NCBI GenBank assembly: GCA_965208835.1
Contig: OZ242358.1
Coordinates: 2,112,001 to 2,176,000, forward strand
Source of the DNA: Candidatus Latescibacterota bacterium
GTDB taxonomy: Bacteria; Latescibacterota; UBA2968; GCA-2709665
Direction: 5' to 3'
DNA length: 64,000 nucleotides
The notes under the pieces were generated by a model, which made no database searches, was not told the origin of the DNA, and saw only the letters and a list, made by a program, of their open reading frames with translations. Positions 9,481 through 19,945 of this stretch are shown here, piece by piece. Position numbers and translations under genes: made by a program. Each line of letters opens with the position of its first letter. Positions within the stretch are counted from its first letter, which is position 1.

Positions 9481-12012
9481 ATGTCGAAAGACGCATTACA
9501 CGTTGTCCCTTTTTCCCGGCTCACACTCTTCGGATTGGGCGACAAAGAGGCGTGCCTGTCTCGCGCAGCGCAGGTCATCTCACAGGTCCTGCGCCTGGTG
9601 GAATCCAGGGAAGATTTCAGTTTCTCAATCGAGAACTCGGTCCATCTGAGCGCTTATCTCAGGTCGCATCCCGAGGCGGCGGCGCGGGTCCGGAAGGCGG
9701 TTTCCCGTGGGCGTCTGGAATTGGGGGCTGCCTGGACCCAGATGGATCACCGTCTGTCCGCCGACGAAGACCTGGTCCGAAATCTGCTCTACGGAAAGGC
9801 CTTCGCCCGCGAGGCGCTCGGCGTGGACCCGACAGTTGTGCATCTGGGTGACGGGGGAGGCACGACTTCGCAATACGTGCAGGCCGCCTTCAAGTGTGGA
9901 GTCAAGCATGTCGTAATCACCGGGACAGGATGGAAGCAGCCCGTTCTGTTCCGCTGGCAGGCGCCGGATGGCTCGCAGGTGATCTGCTGGAACGCAACCG
10001 GGGGAAGCGGGCTGCTCTGGGAAGCCGTTCGCGGAACGCCGCAGTCCAGGCGGCTCCGAAACGCGGAAATTGCACGTCAACGCGAGATGCACGAAGGGAG
10101 GTTGCCGCTGCATTGGGGCGGGCCGATGGTTCAGCCGTGCGAAACCGCCGTGGACGAGTTGCTGGAGTGGGCCGAGGACGAAGCGATCCGCATAAGGCTT
10201 GGGACGCCGTCGAGCGTCATCCCGAAGTCTCAATTGGAAGAGCGACTGCCGGAGGTCGACGCCGCGAATCCGCCCGGTGGATCGCATCTGGAACCGGTGT
10301 TCCCGGGAACCGCGCCCCTGAACGACCGGGCTGTCTGCGGGCTGTCGCGTGCAGAGCAGTTGTCGGCCATGGCGGAGAGTCTCGTTTCGTTCACCTATCC
10401 TCGTGCGGCCCTCGAATCGGCGTGGCTGCGGCAACTGGAGTCGACGTCGTACCGTTACGACGGCGTGGCTTCGGAGGAGGGACTGGAGTACAGGCGGACC
10501 GACCAGCAGAACGTGATTGCGACGGCGTCAGGGATCGTGTGCCAGGCTGAACGGATGATCGCGGAACGGGTGACGCCCCGCGACGGTCCGGACGGCAGGA
10601 TGCCCGTCGTGGTATTCAATCCGCTTTCGTGGACGCGTACCGGCCTGGCGGAAATCCATGTCACGTTTTACGGGGCGGTGGAAGGGACCGACTTTTCCCG
10701 GTACGAAACATATAAGCTGGTTGATGCTTCCGGTCGGACGGTGCCGTTCCAGGAACTGGCGGGCAGACAGACCGAGACCGCCGAAGTGCGTCTGATGTTT
10801 ATGGCTCGCCAGGTTCCGGCAAACGGATATGCGACCTATTATCTCGTTCCCGGCGTTACGGAAACGCAGCCGCTTGTGGGCATCCATCAGCCGGAGACGA
10901 TGGCGCCGGGGCTGATGGCGCCTGAATTCCCTGAGCCCAGCTTTGTACTGGAAGACGTCGAGGACCGCGTGTCCGAAGCATTCGGGAGCGTGCGGATCGG
11001 CCGCCGTTTCAGGACGGCTTCCGTCGACCTCGAAGTTGACGAAATAACCGGTCGCGTGCGCGTGTCGGACAGAAGCGCGGACGGTCCGCTGGTCGACGGA
11101 ATTCATCTCATTGGCACCGAGGAAGCCCTGACCGACCGATCCGCCGTCACCGGCAGGCGGTTCGAGATGGCGGTCGAACGCGTCGATCTCGAAGAGAGCG
11201 GCGAGGTGCGGGCGACGTTGCTCGTGGCCGGAAAGCTGTTGTCGTCTCCATGTGAGATCAGATACCGGGTTTACGGCGAACTGGACCGGGTGGACGTGGA
11301 TCTCCGGATCCAGTGGCAGGACCGGAATCCCGTTAGAGTGCAGATGGTCTTCCCGGTCGCCGCCGGCGCCATCCGGTATGGGACGCCTCACGGCCATCAG
11401 AAACTCGAGGAAGCCGGGGGTGGAAACGCCTCGCTCGAAGTGCAGCGGATCTGTCAGGGATGGGTGGCCGTGGATGGACCCGATCGCGGCTTCGTGATCG
11501 CATCGGACCGGAAGGCGTTTCAGTTCGGCGCCGGCGAAGTGCGCGGCGAGGTCCTGCATTCAGGGCTCGACCCTGCATCGTATTCCTATAACGTCATATG
11601 GCGCGGGTTTCCGGACGCGGTGACGAGTAGATATTCCATCCGGGCATATAACGGCGATTTCGCGCGGGGAAACGCCTTCCGGGACGGATGGGAACTCCGC
11701 CAGGCTTTGAACGCCAGGGTCGTGTATGACCTGGTTTCAGAGAAATCATTGCCGGATCGAATGCAGTTCATCAACCTCGAGGGCCCCGGGATTGTTTGTA
11801 CGGCAATTAAACAGGCGGAAGACGGCGAAGGACTGATCGTGCGGGCTTACGAGACCGTCGGCGGCACATGCGAAGCCCGGCTGGTCTCGTGCCGCAATGT
11901 CGTCTCGCTCCATGAAACGGACCTTATGGAACGCCGCGTTCGGGATCTGGACGTCGACGCCATCGCATTCACCCCCTTCGAAATCAAGACCCTTCGGGTT
12001 GTGTTGAACTGA
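9481..12012 (+). CDS. GH38 alpha-mannosidase-like protein with degenerate active site
   Basis: GRLELGAAW, EDLVRNLLYG, LFRWQAPDGS, VVFNPLSWTR, VPANGYATY, AIKQAEDGEGLIVRAYE, FTPFEIKTLR; the HxD and HD metal ligands are absent. Confidence 0.8.
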   Translation: MSKDALHVVPFSRLTLFGLGDKEACLSRAAQVISQVLRLVESREDFSFSIENSVHLSAYLRSHPEAAARVRKAVSRGRLELGAAWTQMDHRLSADEDLVRNLLYGKAFAREALGVDPTVVHLGDGGGTTSQYVQAAFKCGVKHVVITGTGWKQPVLFRWQAPDGSQVICWNATGGSGLLWEAVRGTPQSRRLRNAEIARQREMHEGRLPLHWGGPMVQPCETAVDELLEWAEDEAIRIRLGTPSSVIPKSQLEERLPEVDAANPPGGSHLEPVFPGTAPLNDRAVCGLSRAEQLSAMAESLVSFTYPRAALESAWLRQLESTSYRYDGVASEEGLEYRRTDQQNVIATASGIVCQAERMIAERVTPRDGPDGRMPVVVFNPLSWTRTGLAEIHVTFYGAVEGTDFSRYETYKLVDASGRTVPFQELAGRQTETAEVRLMFMARQVPANGYATYYLVPGVTETQPLVGIHQPETMAPGLMAPEFPEPSFVLEDVEDRVSEAFGSVRIGRRFRTASVDLEVDEITGRVRVSDRSADGPLVDGIHLIGTEEALTDRSAVTGRRFEMAVERVDLEESGEVRATLLVAGKLLSSPCEIRYRVYGELDRVDVDLRIQWQDRNPVRVQMVFPVAAGAIRYGTPHGHQKLEEAGGGNASLEVQRICQGWVAVDGPDRGFVIASDRKAFQFGAGEVRGEVLHSGLDPASYSYNVIWRGFPDAVTSRYSIRAYNGDFARGNAFRDGWELRQALNARVVYDLVSEKSLPDRMQFINLEGPGIVCTAIKQAEDGEGLIVRAYETVGGTCEARLVSCRNVVSLHETDLMERRVRDLDVDAIAFTPFEIKTLRVVLN

Positions 12013-12145
12013 CGTCTGCCGATCAGGCGGCGGCCGGGCGTCCGTCCGTTCCCCGCCAAATTGGCAGGTTGCTGCACATATCTTTCCGTCGTGCTCCCCG
12101 TCCGATCCCCACGGAGCGCGCGACACAAGGGAGGAGGCGTCTCTC

Positions 12146-12874
12146 ATGGCGAACATCGAGGTGCCGGTACGTTACTACAAGGACTACCCCGGCGGTTACG
12201 ATTACGGGTACGAGGACCTTGCGTTGCCGCTCGAACGCTGTTGTTTTCTGCTTGTGGACGTGGATGGAGCCTATTCGTTCAAGGGCGAAAGAATGCCGCA
12301 TCCGACAACGCAGCACTTTATCGGACCGGCTCTTGAGGCCGCCCGGTCCGTGAAAATGAAAGTGGCGTACGTCCATAACGACTTGAGACTCGTGGCCGAT
12401 CCCGGTTGTGTGGCGGGACAATTCTGGAGCAGGACCAAGGTGCCCAACGGCGACCTGATGGAAAGCTGGACCAAGAGGCCGGACTACGAACCGGTGTACG
12501 TGGATTGCGTGGCGCCGCGCCCCGGCGAGCCGAATTTTCCCAAGTGGATGTGGAGCGGATTTCGCGATACGTTTCTCGATCAGAGGCTGCGTTCCTGGGA
12601 CATAGAGAATCTGTTTGTGGTGGGCTACAGCCGACGTGCGTGTCTGCACTACACCTGCGCGGAGGCGATGGGCCACAACTATCGCGTGATCCTCCTGCGT
12701 GACTGTTCGAATCCGCCCGGAGAAATCGAGTTTCCGGATACCCTGGACGACAGCCTGCCCGAGGGCGGATGGGTGAATCGGATGATGCTTCGCCAGTTCG
12801 AGCACCTGATCGGTTTTACCACGACGTCCGCTGAGTTCGCGGCCTCATGTAAACAGCTGGAGAAACCCGCATGA
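12146..12874 (+). CDS. Isochorismatase-family cysteine hydrolase
   Basis: LLVDVD, FPKWMWSGFRDTFLDQRLR, VVGYSRRACLHYT (Asp-Lys-Cys triad); GGAGG RBS. Confidence 0.82.
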   Translation: MANIEVPVRYYKDYPGGYDYGYEDLALPLERCCFLLVDVDGAYSFKGERMPHPTTQHFIGPALEAARSVKMKVAYVHNDLRLVADPGCVAGQFWSRTKVPNGDLMESWTKRPDYEPVYVDCVAPRPGEPNFPKWMWSGFRDTFLDQRLRSWDIENLFVVGYSRRACLHYTCAEAMGHNYRVILLRDCSNPPGEIEFPDTLDDSLPEGGWVNRMMLRQFEHLIGFTTTSAEFAASCKQLEKPA

Positions 12875-13992
12875 AAATCCGGGACATCGATACGATTCTG
12901 ATCAACTCGCCCGGGCGGAAGTGGACAGTCGTACGGGTGCACACGGACGAAGGGCCGGTGGGACTCGGAGAGGCAACCTACTCTCAAAAAGAGCCCGTGG
13001 TGGCATCGGCGCTGGAACACATGAAACAGGAACTGATTGGCGAGGATGTCTCGCGGATCGAATATCTCTGGCACAAGATCTACAGGATATCGTCACGCAG
13101 CGGGATCTGGCGGATGGTGGGACCCGTGTGGATGAGTGCCCTGAGCGGAATCGACCAGGCGCTGTGGGACCTGAAGGGGAAGGCGGCGAACCTTCCGCTG
13201 GTGGAGTTGCTGGGAGGAAGATTCCGGGACAGTGTTCGAGTGTATACACACTTCAGCGGAGCGACACCCGAAGCGTCGGCAAAGAGTGCCAGGTTCTGGG
13301 CAGACAGGGGTTTCAAGGCGCTGAAGACCGGTGCGCGATCGAATACCGGCCGCCCGTTCGAATTCTACCTGGACGATGGCGCACCGGGCGAAACCGCGGC
13401 CTGTTTCGCGGCCGCCAGGGAAGCGGTTGGTCCGGATGTCGACCTTCTGGTCGACTGCCACGGACGGTTTACGGTCGGCGGGGCCGTACGGCTGGCCCGC
13501 GCGCTGGAGCCCTATGGTCTGTTCTGTTTCGAGGACCCGGTTCCTCCCGAGGATCTGTCCGCGTATCCGAAAGTGAGGAGCCGGACGTCCATTCCGATTA
13601 TGGGCAGCGAACGGCTGAACACGAAGACACAGTACCGGCAACTGCTGGAATTGGATGGAATCGATATCGCCCAACCGGACCTCATGTACGCGGGCGGAAT
13701 AACGGAGGTGAAGAAGATCGCGGCGATTGCCGACACCTACCACGTTCCGATCTCCTTTCACAATACAAAGGGGCCGGTGGGTATTCTGGCGGCGGCGCAT
13801 CTGCTGGCTTCCATTCCGAACGAAGCGCCGATGGAGTTTGTCACCGGAATTGAATGGCGGGATGAGATTCTGGTCGAACCCCTGAAGATCGAAGCGGGCC
13901 GCCTGGTGCTGCCGGAAGGACCGGGCCTGGGGGTGGAACTGAACATGGAGGGCGTGGAGAAACATCGGTGGCGCGTGGGGGACCCCTTTTGA
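12871..13992 (+). CDS. Mandelate racemase / galactonate dehydratase-like enolase-superfamily protein
   Basis: SGIDQALWDLKGK, GFKALK, VDCHG, FEDP, GSER, QPD, FHN, PGLGVE; ATGA overlap with the upstream gene. Confidence 0.9.
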   Translation: MKIRDIDTILINSPGRKWTVVRVHTDEGPVGLGEATYSQKEPVVASALEHMKQELIGEDVSRIEYLWHKIYRISSRSGIWRMVGPVWMSALSGIDQALWDLKGKAANLPLVELLGGRFRDSVRVYTHFSGATPEASAKSARFWADRGFKALKTGARSNTGRPFEFYLDDGAPGETAACFAAAREAVGPDVDLLVDCHGRFTVGGAVRLARALEPYGLFCFEDPVPPEDLSAYPKVRSRTSIPIMGSERLNTKTQYRQLLELDGIDIAQPDLMYAGGITEVKKIAAIADTYHVPISFHNTKGPVGILAAAHLLASIPNEAPMEFVTGIEWRDEILVEPLKIEAGRLVLPEGPGLGVELNMEGVEKHRWRVGDPF

Positions 13993-14085
13993 AGGGGCGG
14001 CGGGTGGCTGACGCCTCTGCACCTTGCCCGGCTGCGGCCGGCCTTCGGAACCGACGTTCAATCGCACTCCGGAAACGCACCGATT

Positions 14086-15705
14086 ATGTTTGACGTTCTG
14101 ATCCGAAATGCCAGTGTTGTCGATGGAACCGGCGCGGCCGCCTTCGTCGGCGACGTGGGTATTGAAGGGGACAGAATCGCGGCCGTGGGGGATGTGTCGG
14201 GCCCGTCCAGGGTGGAGGTCGACGCGGCGGGGCTGACAGCGGCGCCGGGATTCATCGACATCCACACCCATTCGGACTACAGCCTGCTGATCGACGGCCG
14301 GGGCGAGAGCGCGCTCTTTCAGGGCGTGACGACCCACGTGTGCGGAAACTGCGGCATATCGGCATTTCCGGTTGGGGGGAACGGGTTCTATTTCGGCCCG
14401 TTCGACTCGGCTCGACTGCGGTCTGCAGTGGCGGCGGACTGGGTATCCGCGGCCGGGTATTTCAACACGCTGGAGCGGCAGGGCGTGGCCATCAATGCCG
14501 CGTTTTTTGTGGGCCATGGCGCGGTTCGTCACACGGTGATGGGACAATCCACGCAGCGGCCCGCCCGGCAGGAGATGGAGGAAATGAAAGCGCTGGTGGA
14601 GGCCCAGATGGCCCAGGGTGCGCTGGGACTGTCCACCGGGCTGACCTACATGCCGGGCAGCAGCGCGAAGACAGACGAGATTATCGCCCTGACGGCCGTG
14701 ACCGCCCCGTACGGCGGGATCTACGCGACGCACATGCGCAACTATACAGCGTCCATTATGGAGGCATTGGAGGAGGCGATTCTGATCGGAGAGGAGGCGG
14801 GCGTTCCCGTTCACGCCTCTCACATAACGCCCTGTCCTCCTGCGACGGGTTCCGCGGACCGTCTGCTGGAACGGATCGACCGTGCGCAGGCAGAAGGGCA
14901 GGATGTAACGGCGGAAACCGAATTCTATGCGACCGGGTCCACGTCGCTCAAGTCTCTCCTGCCGCCTTGGGCGCTGGAGGGCGGAAACCGAAGGATGGTG
15001 GAACGATTGAAGGAGGCCCGGCAGCGACGACGAATGTGGCGGGAGATACAGGATCGCGGATCGGAACTCGGTGGGAGCACGAAGACGGTCTTGATGCAGC
15101 GCGGCCTCTGGCACAAGCTCTGGCTGGGTAATTGCGCCGTCAACGCGCAGCTGACGGGACGGACCTTCGCCGAAATCGGTCGAATTCGAAACACGCACCC
15201 GTTCGAGGCAATCTGCGACGTACTGGTCGATGAGGGCGGCGCAGCCAGCTTTTACGGTGAGGACAAGACCAATCTGGACATCGACTGTCTCGCGCAGGGC
15301 AAGTATTGCGGTGTGGGTTCAGACGGACTTGCAATGGCCAATACCGGTCCCCTGGCGGATGAAAGGGAACATCCCCGATGTTACGGAGGCATGGCCTATC
15401 TGATCCGAACGCTGGTTCGTGAACGGGGGGTACTGTCCCTGGAGTCCCTTGTGCAAAAGCTGACTCGGTTTCCTGCCGAAAGGATGGGGTTTACGGACCG
15501 GGGTCTGGTTCGGGAAGGAAAAAAGGCAGACCTGGTCCTGTTCGACCCCGACGGGATGCTGGACCGGGCGACAATTCAGAATCCCTGTCTCTATTCGGTA
15601 GGGGTCCGCTGGCTTTTTGTCAACGGCGTCGCCGCGATCGAGGACGGCAAGGCAACGGGAACGAGGGGCGGGAGGGTGTTGCGGCGAGGCCTGACCAGCA
15701 ACTGA
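14086..15705 (+). CDS. N-acyl-D-amino-acid deacylase (D-aminoacylase)
   Basis: APGFIDIHTHSD, QGVTTHVCGNCG, GLSTGLTYMPG, THMR, GSDG, HPRCYG, ADLVLFDP. Confidence 0.9.
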   Translation: MFDVLIRNASVVDGTGAAAFVGDVGIEGDRIAAVGDVSGPSRVEVDAAGLTAAPGFIDIHTHSDYSLLIDGRGESALFQGVTTHVCGNCGISAFPVGGNGFYFGPFDSARLRSAVAADWVSAAGYFNTLERQGVAINAAFFVGHGAVRHTVMGQSTQRPARQEMEEMKALVEAQMAQGALGLSTGLTYMPGSSAKTDEIIALTAVTAPYGGIYATHMRNYTASIMEALEEAILIGEEAGVPVHASHITPCPPATGSADRLLERIDRAQAEGQDVTAETEFYATGSTSLKSLLPPWALEGGNRRMVERLKEARQRRRMWREIQDRGSELGGSTKTVLMQRGLWHKLWLGNCAVNAQLTGRTFAEIGRIRNTHPFEAICDVLVDEGGAASFYGEDKTNLDIDCLAQGKYCGVGSDGLAMANTGPLADEREHPRCYGGMAYLIRTLVRERGVLSLESLVQKLTRFPAERMGFTDRGLVREGKKADLVLFDPDGMLDRATIQNPCLYSVGVRWLFVNGVAAIEDGKATGTRGGRVLRRGLTSN

Positions 15706-15791
15706 GAAGGTGATCCACGTATTGCGGGCGGACGCGCCGTAAATGCGTCCCTCCCAGATGACCATTCTTCGCAGGAAACATTTCACCCGGT

Positions 15792-18149
15792 ATGCGATCA
15801 CGAAACATCACCTCATCCGAATGTGAGCCGCCACCGTTCTCCGTCCCGAATGGCGCTTGCGGCCCTTCCGCACTAACGCCATGGATACGGACTCTCGCGG
15901 CTGTCATGCTGGTCTGCGCCTCTCGAGTCGGCCACGCGCATGCCGCGGCGCCGTCAACTTTCCAGGACAGCGTGAAGCTCTTCCTGCCCGAGGTCCCGCT
16001 GGCTTCCCGGGTGGAGCAGTATGGCGATTTGCTGTTCATTCCGCCTGAAGGCAACGCCCGGATTCTGAGGGACCGCTATGGCGTGCCCCATATATACGGC
16101 AAGCGGGACGTCGACGTCGCGTTCGGTTTCGGGTACGCACAGGCCCAGGATCACCTGATTCCCATGTTGCTGAACTACCGTGCGGCGGCGGGAACGGCGT
16201 CGGAAGTGCTTGGCGCCGGTTACCTGGAAAGCGACGAGCGGGCGCTGCTCTGGCGAATCCGGAGCATAGCCGTTGCGCGGTACGGCGCGCTGCCACCCGA
16301 GATCCGTGATCTGATCGGCGCATTTGCCAACGGCGTGAACCACTATATCGATGTATACAGGGACGAGTTGCCGGACTGGGTCGCACACGTCGGCGGTACG
16401 GACGTCGTGGCGCTGTCCCGATGGCTGGTCATGATGTTTGCGGAGCAGGCGGGGCGGCCGGAACTGGCGAAAAAAGGATTGACGCCGTTCCTGCGTACCC
16501 GCGCGACGTCGAATATATTTGTCCTCGGTGGTTCACGGACAACTGTCGGAAACCCCGTTTTCGTGATGGATTTGCACCTGCCTTGGCGGGCGCCCTTTCA
16601 ACCGTACGAGGCACACCTTGTCAGTCGAGAGGGATTGAACGTGGCGGGCGTGACCGTGTTCGGGATTCCGGTCATTCTGGCGGGCCACAACATCCACATG
16701 GCGTGGTCGCTGGCGGCCAACGAGGCCGATGTCTTTGATCTGTACGAGCTGAAACTGGATCCGGCAAACCGGAAGCGGTATGTGTTCGACAAGGAAAAGA
16801 GGCGGATGTCGTCGCAGCGCGTGCAGATCCGGGTCGCGGATCCTCAGGGGATCCGCGAGGTCGAGCGAGAGTTGCTCTATTCCCACCACGGCCCGATCTA
16901 CAAGGCCGGTGACGATTGGGCCTATGCCGGCCGCTGCAGCGCCGAGGACGTCGTCAATACCATAGGGCAGTTTTACGCAATCAATCGGGCGCGCGACCCG
17001 GATGCGTTCGAGGCCGCGTTGCGGAAGCTTCAACTTCCCATGTTCCACGTCCTGTACGGCGACGCGGAAGGACGAATGTTATACGTGTACAGCGCGCGAA
17101 GCCCGATTCGCGCCGAAGAATTCGATTGGCAGAGTCCGGTCCCGGGCTGGGTCCCGGATACGGAATGGCGTCGCATTATCGGGTACGAGCGGCTCCCGCG
17201 AATCCTGAATCCGCGCGCGGATTTCCTGCAGAACTGCAATGTCGCGCCGGATTTCGTGACCCATGACAGCGGGCTCAGGCCCACCGACTTTCCTCCTTAC
17301 ATGGGCTGGGGCGGGCTGGACGACCGCGGTCAGCGTCTGCTGACCTGGCTGTCGGCCAACCGGAAAGCCACGCTGCGCCAGTTGAAGGAACTGGCCAGAG
17401 ATCCGTATCTGATCGCTTCTGAGGAACTGAAGGCGTTCATCTTCAGGGCGTACAACCGATCGTGGTGGGAAATCTACGATCCTGACAGGCGGCTGGCCCA
17501 TGCCGTGGAGCTTCTGCGCGACTGGGACAACCGGGCGACGGTCGAAAGCCGTGCCACGGTGTTGTTCTCGCTCTGGAAAAACAGGTTCAATGAGCTAAAC
17601 TCCGGGGTATTGCCCGAGCAGACGAGCCGATTGGTGGTTCTGGAGAAACTGGCACTCGAGGCATTGAGGATGGTTGTCGAGCAGATGATGGCGACCTACG
17701 GGAGGCTGGACGTTCCGTGGGGCGAAGCGCACGTGATTGAACGGGGCGGCCGCCTCTTCCCGGTGGGCGGTTCGGCGCCCGGTACGCGGGCGCTGCATAC
17801 CACCTGGTCGAAGCCCGGTGAGGACGGCCTGTTTCGCGTCGACGGCGGATCGGCGTATACAATGGTGGTGGAGCTGGCGGATTCCCTTCGGTCCTGGAGC
17901 CTTCAGTCCTTCGGCAACAGTGAGGATCCGGAGTCGGACAACTATCACGATCAGGCTGCGATGCAGGCGACCGGGGAACTGAAGCGCTTCCGGCTTGAGC
18001 GTGACGAGGTACGTGCAGACCTGCGGTCGGTGGTATCCGTGCCGCTCGAGCAGGTGGACGTCGACCGGGAACGGTTTCGCATCCGCTGGAAATTGAGGTC
18101 GGCGTCGGAGGAGGCGGTGGAACAGGAGCCTGACGACGGAGGCGGTTGA
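15792..18149 (+). CDS. Penicillin/AHL acylase family Ntn-hydrolase, probably secreted
   Basis: RDRYGVPHIYG, FGFGYAQAQD, N-terminal nucleophile Ser in AT|SNIFV, DLHLPW, SHHGP, QNCN; signal-like MLVCASRVGHAHA, so the true start may be further downstream. Confidence 0.88.
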   Translation: MRSRNITSSECEPPPFSVPNGACGPSALTPWIRTLAAVMLVCASRVGHAHAAAPSTFQDSVKLFLPEVPLASRVEQYGDLLFIPPEGNARILRDRYGVPHIYGKRDVDVAFGFGYAQAQDHLIPMLLNYRAAAGTASEVLGAGYLESDERALLWRIRSIAVARYGALPPEIRDLIGAFANGVNHYIDVYRDELPDWVAHVGGTDVVALSRWLVMMFAEQAGRPELAKKGLTPFLRTRATSNIFVLGGSRTTVGNPVFVMDLHLPWRAPFQPYEAHLVSREGLNVAGVTVFGIPVILAGHNIHMAWSLAANEADVFDLYELKLDPANRKRYVFDKEKRRMSSQRVQIRVADPQGIREVERELLYSHHGPIYKAGDDWAYAGRCSAEDVVNTIGQFYAINRARDPDAFEAALRKLQLPMFHVLYGDAEGRMLYVYSARSPIRAEEFDWQSPVPGWVPDTEWRRIIGYERLPRILNPRADFLQNCNVAPDFVTHDSGLRPTDFPPYMGWGGLDDRGQRLLTWLSANRKATLRQLKELARDPYLIASEELKAFIFRAYNRSWWEIYDPDRRLAHAVELLRDWDNRATVESRATVLFSLWKNRFNELNSGVLPEQTSRLVVLEKLALEALRMVVEQMMATYGRLDVPWGEAHVIERGGRLFPVGGSAPGTRALHTTWSKPGEDGLFRVDGGSAYTMVVELADSLRSWSLQSFGNSEDPESDNYHDQAAMQATGELKRFRLERDEVRADLRSVVSVPLEQVDVDRERFRIRWKLRSASEEAVEQEPDDGGG

Positions 18150-18152
18150 ATC

Positions 18153-18920
18153 GTGTTGCCCAGCATGCGCCTGGAGGACAAGGTCGTGATGGTAACGGGT
18201 GCCGGTTCCGGCATCGGCAGGGCCGTGGCCATAGCGGTAGCCGAGGCCGGGGCGCATTGTGTGCCCTGCGAATTGCCGGAAAAGACCGATGACGTGGAGG
18301 GCGTCTGCGCCGAGATCGAACGTCTGCAACGGCGGGCGCTGCCCGTTTCCCTGCGCCTGCCGGACCTGGACAGCATTGAACTGGCCGTAGATATAGCCGT
18401 GACGGAGATGGGGCGGATCGACGTGCTGGTGAACAACGCCGGTGTGAATATTCCCAGAGAGGCGCTGGAAGTCGACGAGGCGGACTGGGACGCCGTGATG
18501 GACGTGAATCTGAAGGGTCTGTTCTTCATGTCCCAGCGGGCCGGACGCAGGATGGTGAACGCCGGAGGAGGAAAGATCGTCAATATCGCCTCGCAAAACG
18601 GAGTGATCGGGTACTATCGCCGCGCGGCCTACTGTTCGAGCAAAGCGGGTGTGGTGAATCTGACCCGTGTGCTGGCGCTCGAGTGGGCGCCGCACGGAAT
18701 CAACGTGAACGCCGTCGGTCCCACGTTCATCCTCACCCCCCTGACGCAGTCCACGTTCGACGATCCGGCGCTACGGGAGGATCTGTTGAAGCGGATTCCT
18801 CTGGGACGGGTGGGGCGGCCCGAGGACGTCGTGGGCGCCGTGGTCTTCCTCGCGAGTCCGGCCGCGGACCTGATCACGGGGCATACGCTGCTGGTTGACG
18901 GAGGCTGGACGGCCGTCTAG
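18153..18920 (+). CDS. Short-chain dehydrogenase/reductase (KduD/gluconate 5-dehydrogenase-like)
   Basis: TGAGSGIG, VNNAG, YCSSK, VDGG. Confidence 0.92.
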   Translation: MLPSMRLEDKVVMVTGAGSGIGRAVAIAVAEAGAHCVPCELPEKTDDVEGVCAEIERLQRRALPVSLRLPDLDSIELAVDIAVTEMGRIDVLVNNAGVNIPREALEVDEADWDAVMDVNLKGLFFMSQRAGRRMVNAGGGKIVNIASQNGVIGYYRRAAYCSSKAGVVNLTRVLALEWAPHGINVNAVGPTFILTPLTQSTFDDPALREDLLKRIPLGRVGRPEDVVGAVVFLASPAADLITGHTLLVDGGWTAV

Positions 18921-18962
18921 CCGCCCATAGAAAGAGCCCATCCGGGCTACGGCCCAACCCTG
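18921..18962. mobile_element. Degenerate, internally deleted copy of MITE family B
   Basis: ccgcccatagaaagagcccatccgggctacggcc closely matches the family-B end and starts immediately after the SDR stop codon. Confidence 0.6.
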
Positions 18963-18979
18963 TTGAACTGGATACAAGA

Positions 18980-19945
18980 ATGGATTCGCCCGGCATCTCC
19001 GCAGTCGCTGTAGTCGGAGCGGGAACCATGGGTTCCGGAATCGCCGGCATGTTCGCCCGGGCGGGGTGTCATGTCCGGCTGGTCGATCTGAGCGATGCAT
19101 TGCTCGATCGGGCGATCGCGCGGCTGCGGCTGGGACAGGAGGCGCTGGTCGAAGCGGGCCTGCTTCTCCCGCGAGACGCCGATGCCTCCATGGCACGGGT
19201 CATCCCGACAACGGATCTGGCCGAAGCGTGCGACGGGTCGGATTTCCTCCTGGAGGCGGTGACCGAAGACCTCGCGTTGAAGCAGGAGCTGTTCGCGGCA
19301 TTTGACGGACTCTGTCCGCGTGAAACCGTTCTGGCCACCAATACGTCGGGCCTGTCCGTGACCGCCATTGCCCGTGCGACCGGTCGTCCGGATCGGGTGG
19401 GGGGGATGCATTTCTGGAATCCGCCGCATCTCGTTCCGCTGGTGGAAGTGATTCGCGCCGACACCACTTCCGACGATACGGCTGAACGTCTGAAGGCCGT
19501 CGCCCTGCGGTTGAACAGGAAGCCGATCATGGTGAGGCGGGACATTCCCGGATTCGTGGGGAACCGCCTGCAGTTCGCCGTGGTGCGGGAGGCCTTGCAC
19601 CTGCTGCAGGAGGGGGTGGCATCCGCCGAGGATATCGATACGGCGATGACGGCGGGCCCGGGCCTGCGTTACAGTTTCATGGGGCCGCTGCGCACCGCCG
19701 ACCTGGGCGGACTGGATGTGTTCAGGGCCATCAGCAGCTATCTGTTCGCCAGCTTGAGCGTGGATCGGGAAGCGCCCGAGACGTTGCACGCGCTCGTAGA
19801 GGCCGGGAAGCTCGGCGCGAAGACTGGATCGGGATTCTACCGCTATTCAGACGCTGATCTCGGCCAGTTCATACGGCGCCGGGATCGGATCCTGCTGAAG
19901 TTGACGGAGGTTTTGGAAGCGGAAGAGGACGTGAAAGATGGCTGA
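18980..19945 (+). CDS. 3-hydroxyacyl-CoA dehydrogenase family protein
   Basis: GAGTMG, EAVTEDLALK, TNTSGL, GMHFWNPP..LVEV, GFVGNRL, GKLGAKTGSGFY. Confidence 0.92.
   Translation: MDSPGISAVAVVGAGTMGSGIAGMFARAGCHVRLVDLSDALLDRAIARLRLGQEALVEAGLLLPRDADASMARVIPTTDLAEACDGSDFLLEAVTEDLALKQELFAAFDGLCPRETVLATNTSGLSVTAIARATGRPDRVGGMHFWNPPHLVPLVEVIRADTTSDDTAERLKAVALRLNRKPIMVRRDIPGFVGNRLQFAVVREALHLLQEGVASAEDIDTAMTAGPGLRYSFMGPLRTADLGGLDVFRAISSYLFASLSVDREAPETLHALVEAGKLGAKTGSGFYRYSDADLGQFIRRRDRILLKLTEVLEAEEDVKDG

Noticed and set aside
13093-15198. 701-aa minus-strand ORF
   Set aside because: Antisense shadow of the dehydratase and D-aminoacylase genes; Arg/His/Gln-rich with no motifs, as expected in high-GC DNA.
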